The notes: generated from the letters alone by a model not told the origin. Positions 12,182 to 22,855 are shown, numbered from the stretch's first letter. The stretch: DNA of 64,000 nucleotides from Schizochytrium sp. TIO01 (GCA_004764695.1 SMSO01000034.1:744001-808000); one strand, 5' to 3'. Numbers and translations: made by a program.

Positions 12182-15100
12182 TTAAGTCGGAACATTACTA
12201 GCCAGTCGAATAACTTCTTTCATAAGATCGGGGGGAGTGCCCACAGATATAAGAAAAGTTGTCAAAACCAGCAAGATATGGGGGAGTAAGAAGTTATAAA
12301 CCCAAGCTGCAGTTCGCCGCACGCCAGAAGGCTTTGTGTAAACGACTGTAGCATTCTGCTGCTGCGCATGAAGAGGTGCTTTCCGTTTCGGTGTAGATGG
12401 TGCTCGTATTGCACCGCTCAAAATAGTAGACGGGGAGTTCAGAGACCTCGTGTATATGTCAAGCGCCAAGTTTTTGGTCACGTAATCAAAATCTTGTTCA
12501 CGCGACTTCAGCATGTCATTCAACTTCTTTAGGCTGAGTTCCATTTTATGAGTGCCACCACCCAATTGAGCTTTGAGACGACGAATTTCCTCTTGAGCGG
12601 ACTCCAGTTCCGCTTTACACTGCGCAAGTTCAGACTGCAAGTTCAGAACATCTGAACTCATTGTAACAGGTACAACACCAGAAGAAACCGTAGAATAGAA
12701 TCCACCGAGGTCAGGGGATTGAACACTGGGTGGTGGCTGAGATGCCCATGGCTGGACATCCGGAGGCGTATTCGACGAGGTCGATGGATCTGCATCAACC
12801 TGGCCATGTTGACTGGGGGACACACTTAAATCTTGCACTTCATGGCGCCAGGACCCAGTGTCCACAGACAAACTTGCACGATCGAATGCGGAGGCCGGAG
12901 GGATGGGAGACTCCGAGGTATTTTCTGTCACAGTTTCTTTTAATCCGGACACTTGGTTCAAAGAACTCGACATACCACTAGCTAGCTTCTGGCGAAGTTC
13001 TTCAATTTCTACGAGAGCCTTCTCTAGCTCAGCCTCTGCCACACATACTTGTCGCTCGCGCCATAAGCGCGCCTCACGTTCAGTACAAAGCTCGCTTTCA
13101 AATTCCTTCAGTCTTGCCTCAAGATCTGCCTTCATAGACTCGAGAGCTTGAACGTGCTCCAGTGTCACGCGAGACACATCAACTTCATCAGAACAGCTAT
13201 CCTTGCTTGCATCCTCAACGGAGCCAGCATTTTCACCGGCGTTCCCTCCTGCAAGCATGGATGCCCATTCTACTTCCGGAACAGGTGTCGAAGCAGTGCT
13301 ATCACGGGAAGCTAATATTTGTAAATCCTGTTTGTACGGCGAAGTGTACTGGTCCTGAAGGCCACCGTTATCATGTCCAACACGTAATGGCTGAGGCATA
13401 TTGTTTTGCCCATGGAAGTCATAACTAGAATTGGGTTCTTGTTGAAGGGGTATTCCCGATGAAGGAACGAGTGAAGAAATTGGCGGCATCTCAAAAAGGT
13501 CACTATTTTCACCGTTACCGGTAGCACCATTTAAGGATATTGCGGAGAGATTGGAGGTCGCCGAAATCACGTTCGGCTCTATCGGACTTAATGGAGGAGA
13601 GGACAACGCCCCAGCACTTGGTGGCTGCTGCATTGAAATAGAGTATGCAGATACAGGAGGTGCCATACTTGTAGGGAGTGCTGTTTCAGTACTAGTATAC
13701 TGGTTCTCAGATTCCGATCCAGAGATTATTCCAGTGGGCTCTTGTCTAACTTCAAATGTTGGATAGTTGCCATGGGAATGACCAAACCCATCCCGATTAA
13801 AGCTTCGAGCCGAGAGGTTGCTGAACGTACGCGAACGAGACCTCATTTCCCGCGCAGCCTTGAAAGGATCTGACATGTCGTTCTCAGGAGAGGCCTGAGC
13901 AAGTGCCTTGGCAGCATCCTCCGCCTCACCTTCGTCGAAATCAGAGTTATCGTCTTGCATACTAGCTTCGACAAGATCACGATGACGACCCAACCCGAAC
14001 ATTTGGCTTAGAAACCTTGGTTCGGTAACGTCCTTTCGCTTCTTATTAGCGTCCTGTTCGTCTTTCGATTGCTTACCTTCTGAAGGGGAGGAAGCACCAG
14101 GTGCAGTGCTAGGGCGGTGATGCTGCATCATAGAATCAGTATCAAATCGAACAGAGTTGGGCTGAGAGCTTGTTGTAGGCCACCCCTGAGGTTCGCGAGA
14201 AGCACCGGGTTTTTTATTCAGCAACGAGTCAGAACTGAAATCTTGGGGGGCAATGGGCTGGTCTTGTTCACGAACATCTCCGCTGGTGCTTGATTCAAAA
14301 TCAGGCATTGGAGGAGGTGAGGACAGAGAAGAAACACTAGTAGGCGGGCTGCCAAGACCAACGACTCCAGCACTACCAATACCTATTGAAGCGACAGAGC
14401 TAGAGTTGTAATCGTTGAGAGTTGATACAGCCGAATATCCAGTGTTAGGTGATGGCGCTGACGCAGGTGCGTCTGACCTTGTAGAGGCATCCTGATGCGA
14501 GTACATATCAAAGCCATCGATGTCTGGAGAATCCAGGTCAAGATCCTCAGGCTCGTTGTCCCACCACTTATCAGACCATGGGGCCACAAGAGAGGACTCA
14601 GGAATGGTCTTATTCTGAGAAGCCGAGTCAATCGAGCCGGGCCCTTCAGCACCTCCATTGAGCATTTGCTGAGTACGCGGGGGAAGTGCCGCCAAACCTC
14701 GCGTGGATTTGCCTAGACCCGAACCATTCAAAGTTTCATTAACACGGTTCGGAGAAGACAGTGGCGATGCACTTGGAGGGAAATCATCTCCCGGACTCAA
14801 AGGGCGTCCCTCCATCCCTAATTGCGAATTGCTAACCATAGCTGAGGGTTTTGCACCAAAAATAGACTTCCGCATCGCCAATTGTTTCTCTAAAACAGAA
14901 ACCCGCTGAAGAGCCGCGTCTCGTTCCCGTACAACCTCATGCCAAGAACTTTCGTTATCCTCATCCCCCCTTTCCTCCTGAGGCATAGCCATTTTACCAG
15001 TGCCAACTTTATGTTGCTTGATGTTCTCAACAGGAGGCTCTGATGGAATCTCTTCGTTGGTCTTTGACTCCACTTCACTCTCCAAAACAACCATAGGATG

Positions 15101-18100
15101 AAGCTGATTGCTTAACGAAACACAGCATGCCACCTCTGCAGAGATCTCCTGTAGCAAATCACTCGACTCGCGAACTTCGACCTGCGCTTGAGACTCATAT
15201 TGTGCACACAGCTGACGCAACCCCTCACATTCAGTTTCCATATCCGCAACCCGTTTAAGGGCAATCGCGAGTGATTCTGAAGCGTCATTCAACATAGCTG
15301 GCTCTACGACAGTTTCGGTCTCACTATTTTCAACAAAATGTTTCAGATTGGATTCCTCCTCTACAACAGTGCTTTCTTGGATGATATCACCGTCGAGATC
15401 AAGATCGTCGGCGTCATTCCAACCCTGATGGGCATGGTTTGAATCCACGTCTGTGCTATGCTCGCTATCCTGGGCAGTAGCCAAACTATGGTCAACGGTC
15501 GAGAGTCTCCTCTGAGATACAGGCTCACGCATATCACCATCCTCTGTCTGCTCCTGCTGTTGAATAAGCTGGGCCCTCATTAGCTCAGCATTTACATTTT
15601 CTTGCTCCTGTGCAGCTTCCTTAGCGACAGAAAGCTGCTCCAGTAAGCTTTCACGATCCAGCTGGAGGCTTGAAATCACCGCTGAGTTTCCATCTCGTTC
15701 ATCTTGTACGTACTGAAGTTGTAAAGTCATTGAATCTAACTGAGTTTGTAAAGCATGTACTTCCTGATGCGAAGCTCGAAGAGCTTCTTCAAGCTCCTCC
15801 GTTGCTGCTTCAGACTCCACCTGTAAGCGTCGCCGAGACAGCGCGTCATCTGCGAAAGAATTGCATTCGAGCACTTCTTGCATTACTTCCTGAACAAGAG
15901 CAGCATGTTCAATGCGCAAGTCGCGATCACGACTCTCGTTTGTCGCGAGATAAGCATTCAAACGTTCGTCAAGCTGATCATACAGCTCTCCAAAGTTACA
16001 ACTGCCATCAAGATCACTATTGTTTTGGTCACTGTCCGGGTTTTCGTTTATTTCCCTGTCATAATCTAGATCACTATTCACAAAGCTAGATGCAGAATTT
16101 AACACACCAGGTGCGCCAAATACCTCTTTGACAAGACCTTTGCCAGAATTCAAGGAGCGGAGAGGGCTCTGTGTCCTTGTACGCAGGCCACCACCTCGCT
16201 CCTCAAGTTCATTGTCTACACTTAGGTCGTACATGGCAGCTGCATCTTCTTGCGCACGGTCTCGTTCTTGCTCAAGGCGTTTGACAAGGCCGACCAGCTG
16301 TGTAGTACGCTGCGAAAGGCGTACCAGAGCACGATCGCGAGCTTCAATATCATCTCTGACACGCTCCAGATCTCTCGCTTGGTCAACTTTTGCTTCAAGG
16401 TCCGCGTTAGCCTCTTTCAGGTTCTTCAGTTGCTGATGCGCTTCCTCAAGACGAGCTTGCAAATCGAGCGAGTTTTGCTCAGCACTTGATTCAAGTGTTC
16501 GTTTCTCGTGTGCCCATTCAGTCTCAGCTTCCTCTAATGCTTCTGCCTTTTTGCGGAGAAGTTCCACTCTGCTGTTCGCATCCTCGAATTCTTGCTGAAC
16601 AGAGCGAAGCTGGGCAGCCAAATGCACTAGCTCATCCGCCTTAACTTGCAACTCCTCCTCGCTCTTCATCCGCACAGTGGCAACCTGATCTTGAAATTTC
16701 TCTTCACTCTCTCTTAAAAGCTTTTCAATTTCCGCCTTCTCCACTTCGAGGTCATACTGCAATTTCTTTACAGATTCAAGCTCATCAGATAAGACCTGAA
16801 CATGTTGCTCCGCTTCACTACTTGCTGATTGTGCAAGCTCAAGGCTGGACCGATAACCTTCAACAGAATCATTGAGTTTCTCAAGGCGAGCTCTTACTCC
16901 AACGAGATCTTCAAGTTCATGTTCAAGATCCTGAACACGATTTTTTTCTATTTTGATGCCATTTAAGGCTTGCTCGAGTTCTTCTCTCAGGGCCTCCAGG
17001 TCCTTATCTTGTTCCTCAGTCTTTGAAACTTCTGCTTCCAATGCATTCTGCAAATCTGTAGCACGAGATTCCGCAGCACGGCGTGCTTCACTCTCTCCAC
17101 GAAGCTGCTCCACTTGGCCTTGGAGGGCATTTCGTTCGGTCTGAAGAGATGCAACTTCTTCATTCAGATGAGTTACTTGGGTTTTCACGAGTTCAGCACT
17201 CATTGAGGTTTCCTGAGCATCGCTTTGAGCGCTGGAGAGATCGTCTTGCAGACTTTCAATGAGAGACGTCGCCCTCGCCACCTCTGATTCCAATTGCATA
17301 ACTTGCTCACGCAATGACGCAATGGTTTCATTAACTTCATCAGCCTTACTCTGTCTCAAAGCTTCAATCTCCTCCTCAAGCTCTTGAGACAGTGCCTGCG
17401 CTTGGTCGACTTGTTCACGGAGACTACCAATTGTTTCCTCTGCCTCAGCCAATTTTGCTTGTACCTCTAATAGCTCTGACCTAGACTCTTCAAGCCGACC
17501 CTGAAGCTGCTCGATTGTATCATGGGCTGATGCAAAACGGTCGCGACCAAATTCCTTAATTTCTTGCTGGAGATAATTTATCTGCTGTTCCAGCTCACTT
17601 TTTGTCTTGCTTTCTGCCTCAGTCAGCATGCGAATGTTCTCTTCCAACTCATTCACTCGCGCTTCAGAACTGGCAGCAATAATCTCTTTCTCTTGCTTCA
17701 CCTCATCAAGTTGCAACTCTAGTGAACGAATGCTGCTTGAGGAGTTTTCAGACCAGGTCTCTTTGGAGTGCACCAATTGATTCTCCAGCTCCAAGATACG
17801 AGTTTCAAGTTGTTCACGATCTGTATTAGCGATACTTTCCTTAGCCTGAATGTTTATAAGCTGATCCTTGAGTTCCTGGACACGCTCTTGCAATAAAGGC
17901 ATCTGCTGAAGCTTGGCTTCAGCATCATTAAGCTTTTCCTGGAGGACGCCATTCGCTTGAATGGCCTCAGCCAGGCGACCGTCCATGTTTGCTTTGCTGG
18001 GGCTCGGAACATTTACACCCCCAATACCTTCATCGAAGAGAGATGCTCCAATAGGTGACCTGGGGGGGTTAGCAAATAGGCTAGCTGCATGGTCTGATCC

Positions 18101-21100
18101 AGCTGCATGGTCGTTAAAGATATCCTCGCCTGATTTGTAAGAGCCAAAGGGATCACTACTTTCAACAATTTCTTCACTGAACACATTATCAGTCTCACTC
18201 GGGTCTTCATCAAAGAGACGGACAGCATCACTGCTACTATTATCATTGGGGGTTGCAAAACTCGGCGAAGCTGAAGCTGAAAACTGGGTAGAGGCGGGCT
18301 TTGGTTGTTGTTGGGGGGTGAGCATAGCAGAGGTAATATCTCCTACAACTACATTTTGTGCATTCTCAAGTTTCATCTGCAAAGTTTCAACCTTGGACCG
18401 TTCTACCTGAAGCTGCTCCATAGTATCCTCATAATTAGCTTCCATAGCATCGTAGTCATCCATCGCAGTCCGAAGCTCTTCCTGAGCCTGTTCAAGTTGT
18501 TGGTGAATGTTATCATTAGCAGACAACGCATCTTGCAATTCTGCCTCGAGCTCAGATCTACTGCGTTCCGTTTCTTGTAGCCGGGTCTCCAGGTCCTTTA
18601 TTTGCATGTCAAAAATATTTTCGCCTTGGTCGTGGTTCTCACATAACGGGCTGCGGGAAGATCCAAAAAGTTCACCTGGAGAATCTTCTCCTGATGAGCG
18701 AGGCGAATCATAACCAGTAGCATTCAGCCCATTCGTTGAGGTACCGAATGTGAATGAGTCATCTCCACCAGTAACCATATCATCCCAGTTGAGAGCTGCT
18801 ACAGGCGGACTCTTCTCATCACTGAGTTCCTCCTGACCAGCAACATTAGTTGGTTCTGTCATGACATGCATCGACGAAGCATCACTTTTGGGACCCATCA
18901 ATTGGGACGCCAATTCAACCTCTCGTGCTTCGAGCTGCTTGACACGTCCTTCAGAGTCGTCTAAAGCATCCCGAGTGTGTTGAAGCTCTTGTTCAAGGTC
19001 TTCGAATGCTCGCTTAGATGATTCAAGGTTTTCCTCAAGTTTATCAATCCGGCTGTGCAGAGAAGACTCAGCGATCTGTAATCTCGACAGCTCTTCCTGG
19101 GCAAACTCGAGCTCTTCATTGCTTTTACGAGCGGCACTTTCAGCAGCATTACTCCGGACATCCGCATCAAAGGAGGCAGAACGAGCTTCTTCGAGCTTTT
19201 CATGCAAGTCACTTAGCTTGCTCTCGTATTTGTCCTGAATCAATGCGACATCTCGTTCTGAGATCTCAGAAGTTGTATGTGACTCTCGAGCCTCTTCTAA
19301 AGCCTGTTTTACCTCTTCTAAATGCTCTTGGAGCGCGTCAGAGCGGCTCTTCAGGTTCTGAATCTCTGTCAATGCATCATTTAATTTAGCAGAGAGCCCC
19401 ACATTTTCAGCCTGGTAAGCGTTTGCTTCTTCATTGGATCTTTCATACTTAGCCAAAAGTTCATCGCGCTCGGATTCCAGTCGCTGGATTTCAGCGGCTT
19501 GATCATCAGTAGTTTGCTTCCGCGTCTTGAGTTTCTTCAAGAGTTGCTTTAATTGGTCTGTCTTCACACCAAGCTGTTGCTCAAAGTCTGATTTCTCTTT
19601 CTCAAGCTCTTCGATTTGGGCGTACAAGTCTTGTTCTTGGTCTTCCAGCAGTTTAATCTGGGCTGAACTCTCGGTTTCGATTTGCTTGGATGCAGCAAGT
19701 TGCTCGCGAAGAGATGTAACCTCTTCTAAAATCTCTTCCTGGTTTCCGTTCAAACGCTCCGCTGATGCGCGCTGAGTCTCAGCTAAGACCTCCCGCAATG
19801 TGGTTAATTCTGCTTCAAGTTGATTGTTCTGAATCTCCTTGTTCTGACTTTCAGCCTCGAGATCTCCACACTTTGCTAAACTCTCCTCCAGAGATTTCTG
19901 CAAAGCCCCGATTTGAGCTTGGAGGTGCTCAGCAGCATCTGATTGAGCCTGAAGTTGGTTCAATTGCAGAGAAGTGTCCAAAGCCTCTTGTTCTTGCGCC
20001 TCCAATCGGGAGCGCAAAGAATCAATTTCAGGCTGAACTTCAGCCAAAGCGGCATCTCTTGCTTTGCGCACTTCCTCTGCGACCTCAGCTCGAAGCTGAT
20101 CCGCATCATCATTTTTCATGGAGTAAGCGTTGTCAAGTTCTTCGCGGAGACTAGCTAAATGTGCTTCAAGTTCCTGGATAGATGTTGCAGCGCGTGTCTG
20201 CTCACCCTCAACCTGCCCTTGAAGACGAGTTATTTCTTGAAGGGCGTTATCGTGAAGCCGTTGCCATTCTTTGGCTGCAGTGAGAGCTTCATTACGCTCA
20301 GTCTGAACCTGGTCAAGGGCATCGTTTGCAGAGTCACGTTCGTCCTCAACGCACTTCAGTTCTTGACGGGCGACTTCTAATTCCTTTCGTGAGGCCTTAT
20401 CCCGCTCAGCAAATAGTTCTCGCTCAGCGTTGATTTCTTCGAGTTCTGACTCCAGTTCAGAAACGCGAGTTTCTGCAGCAGCATGATTTGCAGCCAACAT
20501 TCGTGCCGCAATAGTGTAATGCCGTACGCCACTTTCAAAGTCGCCTCCTGCAAAGTCTCGGTTGCCTTGTTCCCATGCAGCGAGAATGGGGTCATCACTA
20601 CCTTCCGGGCCTTGCCTCCGCGCTTGAAGTACTTCGGTTTCACTTTCATCGTCTTCATAATTATTATTTGTACCAATGAATACGTCATCGTCATCATCAT
20701 TATCATCTGGATCCACAACATCACTGTCGCGAGTATTTGAGTTAAGAAGTTCCTCCTCTTCAGCAAAGTCTAGCCTCCGTGGTGCCAGTTGCGGAGACTG
20801 TAAATACAAACGATGTTGCATCTCTAAATTTTTCTTTTCGGAGACTGCTAATCGCTTGCGCAAATCACGAAGTTGAGAGTTGAGAGTGAAAACACGCTCT
20901 TCTGCCTTTAGTTTGACCGTTGCCAAGTGCTCAGATAATAGTTCAACATCTTCGGGGGCGAGGCTGCCAGTTGAAGGCGTACCATGAGAATGTGTATCAT
21001 GACCTCGGCTATCGTGTATGTCATCTTCATCGTCATCCTCAACATCCTCATCATCGTGAAAGCTGCGGTGCATTCTTGGTGGAGGAGTAACCGCGGGCGA

Positions 21101-21193
21101 TGGAGGGTCATCTGTAGGTGAGGATGGGCTTAATGTCACATCAATGTCGCCTTCGGTGTCCCACCCGCTCTGTGCTACGAATGGTGAAGACAT
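12182..21193 (-). CDS. Giant (3003 aa) coiled-coil protein with C-terminal transmembrane anchor (golgin/giantin-like or KASH-like)
   Basis: Uninterrupted 9-kb ORF with long E/Q/L/A heptad-rich segments separated by S/P/D-rich disordered regions. One hydrophobic helix (WVYNFLLPHILLVLTTFLISVG) lies 18 aa from the C-terminus, and there is no signal peptide. Confidence 0.85.
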   Translation of the reverse strand: MSSPFVAQSGWDTEGDIDVTLSPSSPTDDPPSPAVTPPPRMHRSFHDDEDVEDDDEDDIHDSRGHDTHSHGTPSTGSLAPEDVELLSEHLATVKLKAEERVFTLNSQLRDLRKRLAVSEKKNLEMQHRLYLQSPQLAPRRLDFAEEEELLNSNTRDSDVVDPDDNDDDDDVFIGTNNNYEDDESETEVLQARRQGPEGSDDPILAAWEQGNRDFAGGDFESGVRHYTIAARMLAANHAAAETRVSELESELEEINAERELFAERDKASRKELEVARQELKCVEDERDSANDALDQVQTERNEALTAAKEWQRLHDNALQEITRLQGQVEGEQTRAATSIQELEAHLASLREELDNAYSMKNDDADQLRAEVAEEVRKARDAALAEVQPEIDSLRSRLEAQEQEALDTSLQLNQLQAQSDAAEHLQAQIGALQKSLEESLAKCGDLEAESQNKEIQNNQLEAELTTLREVLAETQRASAERLNGNQEEILEEVTSLREQLAASKQIETESSAQIKLLEDQEQDLYAQIEELEKEKSDFEQQLGVKTDQLKQLLKKLKTRKQTTDDQAAEIQRLESERDELLAKYERSNEEANAYQAENVGLSAKLNDALTEIQNLKSRSDALQEHLEEVKQALEEARESHTTSEISERDVALIQDKYESKLSDLHEKLEEARSASFDADVRSNAAESAARKSNEELEFAQEELSRLQIAESSLHSRIDKLEENLESSKRAFEDLEQELQHTRDALDDSEGRVKQLEAREVELASQLMGPKSDASSMHVMTEPTNVAGQEELSDEKSPPVAALNWDDMVTGGDDSFTFGTSTNGLNATGYDSPRSSGEDSPGELFGSSRSPLCENHDQGENIFDMQIKDLETRLQETERSRSELEAELQDALSANDNIHQQLEQAQEELRTAMDDYDAMEANYEDTMEQLQVERSKVETLQMKLENAQNVVVGDITSAMLTPQQQPKPASTQFSASASPSFATPNDNSSSDAVRLFDEDPSETDNVFSEEIVESSDPFGSYKSGEDIFNDHAAGSDHAASLFANPPRSPIGASLFDEGIGGVNVPSPSKANMDGRLAEAIQANGVLQEKLNDAEAKLQQMPLLQERVQELKDQLINIQAKESIANTDREQLETRILELENQLVHSKETWSENSSSSIRSLELQLDEVKQEKEIIAASSEARVNELEENIRMLTEAESKTKSELEQQINYLQQEIKEFGRDRFASAHDTIEQLQGRLEESRSELLEVQAKLAEAEETIGSLREQVDQAQALSQELEEEIEALRQSKADEVNETIASLREQVMQLESEVARATSLIESLQDDLSSAQSDAQETSMSAELVKTQVTHLNEEVASLQTERNALQGQVEQLRGESEARRAAESRATDLQNALEAEVSKTEEQDKDLEALREELEQALNGIKIEKNRVQDLEHELEDLVGVRARLEKLNDSVEGYRSSLELAQSASSEAEQHVQVLSDELESVKKLQYDLEVEKAEIEKLLRESEEKFQDQVATVRMKSEEELQVKADELVHLAAQLRSVQQEFEDANSRVELLRKKAEALEEAETEWAHEKRTLESSAEQNSLDLQARLEEAHQQLKNLKEANADLEAKVDQARDLERVRDDIEARDRALVRLSQRTTQLVGLVKRLEQERDRAQEDAAAMYDLSVDNELEERGGGLRTRTQSPLRSLNSGKGLVKEVFGAPGVLNSASSFVNSDLDYDREINENPDSDQNNSDLDGSCNFGELYDQLDERLNAYLATNESRDRDLRIEHAALVQEVMQEVLECNSFADDALSRRRLQVESEAATEELEEALRASHQEVHALQTQLDSMTLQLQYVQDERDGNSAVISSLQLDRESLLEQLSVAKEAAQEQENVNAELMRAQLIQQQEQTEDGDMREPVSQRRLSTVDHSLATAQDSEHSTDVDSNHAHQGWNDADDLDLDGDIIQESTVVEEESNLKHFVENSETETVVEPAMLNDASESLAIALKRVADMETECEGLRQLCAQYESQAQVEVRESSDLLQEISAEVACCVSLSNQLHPMVVLESEVESKTNEEIPSEPPVENIKQHKVGTGKMAMPQEERGDEDNESSWHEVVRERDAALQRVSVLEKQLAMRKSIFGAKPSAMVSNSQLGMEGRPLSPGDDFPPSASPLSSPNRVNETLNGSGLGKSTRGLAALPPRTQQMLNGGAEGPGSIDSASQNKTIPESSLVAPWSDKWWDNEPEDLDLDSPDIDGFDMYSHQDASTRSDAPASAPSPNTGYSAVSTLNDYNSSSVASIGIGSAGVVGLGSPPTSVSSLSSPPPMPDFESSTSGDVREQDQPIAPQDFSSDSLLNKKPGASREPQGWPTTSSQPNSVRFDTDSMMQHHRPSTAPGASSPSEGKQSKDEQDANKKRKDVTEPRFLSQMFGLGRHRDLVEASMQDDNSDFDEGEAEDAAKALAQASPENDMSDPFKAAREMRSRSRTFSNLSARSFNRDGFGHSHGNYPTFEVRQEPTGIISGSESENQYTSTETALPTSMAPPVSAYSISMQQPPSAGALSSPPLSPIEPNVISATSNLSAISLNGATGNGENSDLFEMPPISSLVPSSGIPLQQEPNSSYDFHGQNNMPQPLRVGHDNGGLQDQYTSPYKQDLQILASRDSTASTPVPEVEWASMLAGGNAGENAGSVEDASKDSCSDEVDVSRVTLEHVQALESMKADLEARLKEFESELCTEREARLWRERQVCVAEAELEKALVEIEELRQKLASGMSSSLNQVSGLKETVTENTSESPIPPASAFDRASLSVDTGSWRHEVQDLSVSPSQHGQVDADPSTSSNTPPDVQPWASQPPPSVQSPDLGGFYSTVSSGVVPVTMSSDVLNLQSELAQCKAELESAQEEIRRLKAQLGGGTHKMELSLKKLNDMLKSREQDFDYVTKNLALDIYTRSLNSPSTILSGAIRAPSTPKRKAPLHAQQQNATVVYTKPSGVRRTAAWVYNFLLPHILLVLTTFLISVGTPPDLMKEVIRLASNVPT

Positions 21194-22855
21194 TATCCTG
21201 GTGAGCAGAAGACTTGATTAGTCGCCCAGGTTCGAGCAATACGATATGGCGGTGATAACAACAGATGCGATCTATATGACAAAGTGCTCCAGATGCTTCC
21301 AAAGTTGGAGGCAATGTGCTGTTACAAAAAAACCAAATGTGAACTTTTAGACAGGTTGGCAGCTGAGACCCCGTGCAAGGTGAATAGCACGGACAGCGAA
21401 GAGGTTATGTGTATGCACACGTACGAAAGAAGTAGACCCCTTGAAGTTCAAACTTGAATGTCTTGCTTAAGAATTAGGAGCTCCTGATACCAATACCAGT
21501 CAGTAGCTCGAGACAAAATATGACAAGAAACGAAACAAGCACTGAGTCAACCCTCGATGTCTTTGACCTAAATTCAAGTATGGCCCTACCCAAAGACAGC
21601 CAAAGGAAGAAAAGACTGAGATGAAGAGGTTCCCAGGAGCAGCTCTAAAGGATAGCTCGAAATTGAAAAAGAGCGATCAAGTGCCAGGTCAAGGCTGCCT
21701 CCTTTCTAAGTTTATATGAAGGTAAGTAATTGCAACCTACTATCCGCGCCAAACCGCCAGGACGCCACTCTGCTGTATGCAGTATAGACACCTCTGAAAG
21801 AGCAGATGTGAGGATCTATCCAATGGACTCCCTTGCCTGACACGCCGGGCCCTGCTGGCCGAGGTGCCAGTGGCAATAGTTGTGGCGGGGACCTCCGGTC
21901 GCACCCGCGTTGTTTGCTTTTTTGCTCGTCGTATTATCAGTCCTCTTCTTCTCCTTCTCCTCCTTTCTAGGATTCTTTCGATGTACTAATACTAGTAGAA
22001 CAAGTCACTGTTTTAACTAGATAGATATAACTAGTGCGATAAAAGCAGTCCTAGAGGCTACCGACGTATCTATTAGCATTCTGAGGGCGCTTCCTACTAT
22101 GGTTACCAAGAACTATTAGGAGTAGTATGTAGTAGCCGCAGGAAAAATATATGAGCTAACTGTGTATAGCACATACCTAGGCAGTGAATAGATTTCGTAC
22201 TTTTAGAAATAGGCTACCAGGGTGGTATCAAGGTCTAAGGTGAAACAATATTTATGTTTTTTTCTTGAGTTTTTACTCAAGCGAAAAGGATTCAATAGGA
22301 ATAGTCACTAACTAGGTAGTGAGAAAGAGGGTTTACTTGATTACTTGTCTCTGGAGGGGTGGAGAATCTGAGAAGCTACGACTTGGCAATGGAAGGCAAA
22401 GACTGTAACTTGCTAAAATGTTGCTCTGGCTAGCCGCGAGATGCAAGTCATGATGGTGAATGGATTTTATAATTTAGCACAGACTTATACGTAGGTAGGT
22501 GCCTAAATACCTTGAACTGGGTAAATAATTTGCTAGGACATAGAAGCTTATTAGATTCAATCATAACAGTCAATGCCAGCATGGCATCGGGAGGTTGGAA
22601 TAAAGAGAGCGCTCCTACGCAACTTTTAGGAAAAAGTTGAGTTCTAAAATAAAAAAATAAATACTGCGAAGTCCTACATATGAGTATTCTGTTTTGGCTT
22701 ACAAATTGAAAAAAGAAGATTCTATGAGAATGGTGGAAGGGCATGAATGATTGTTTTGGCTTGAGATAGCCCAATATATTTGACTAGTCAGAGTTGCGCG
22801 AAATGCTTGTGGAGTAATACAGATTTAACAGCAATAACAACATCAACACCAATGA

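Noticed and set aside
12730-21111. Many 60-140 aa ORFs overlapping the giant gene
   Set aside because: Shadow ORFs of a long coding sequence.
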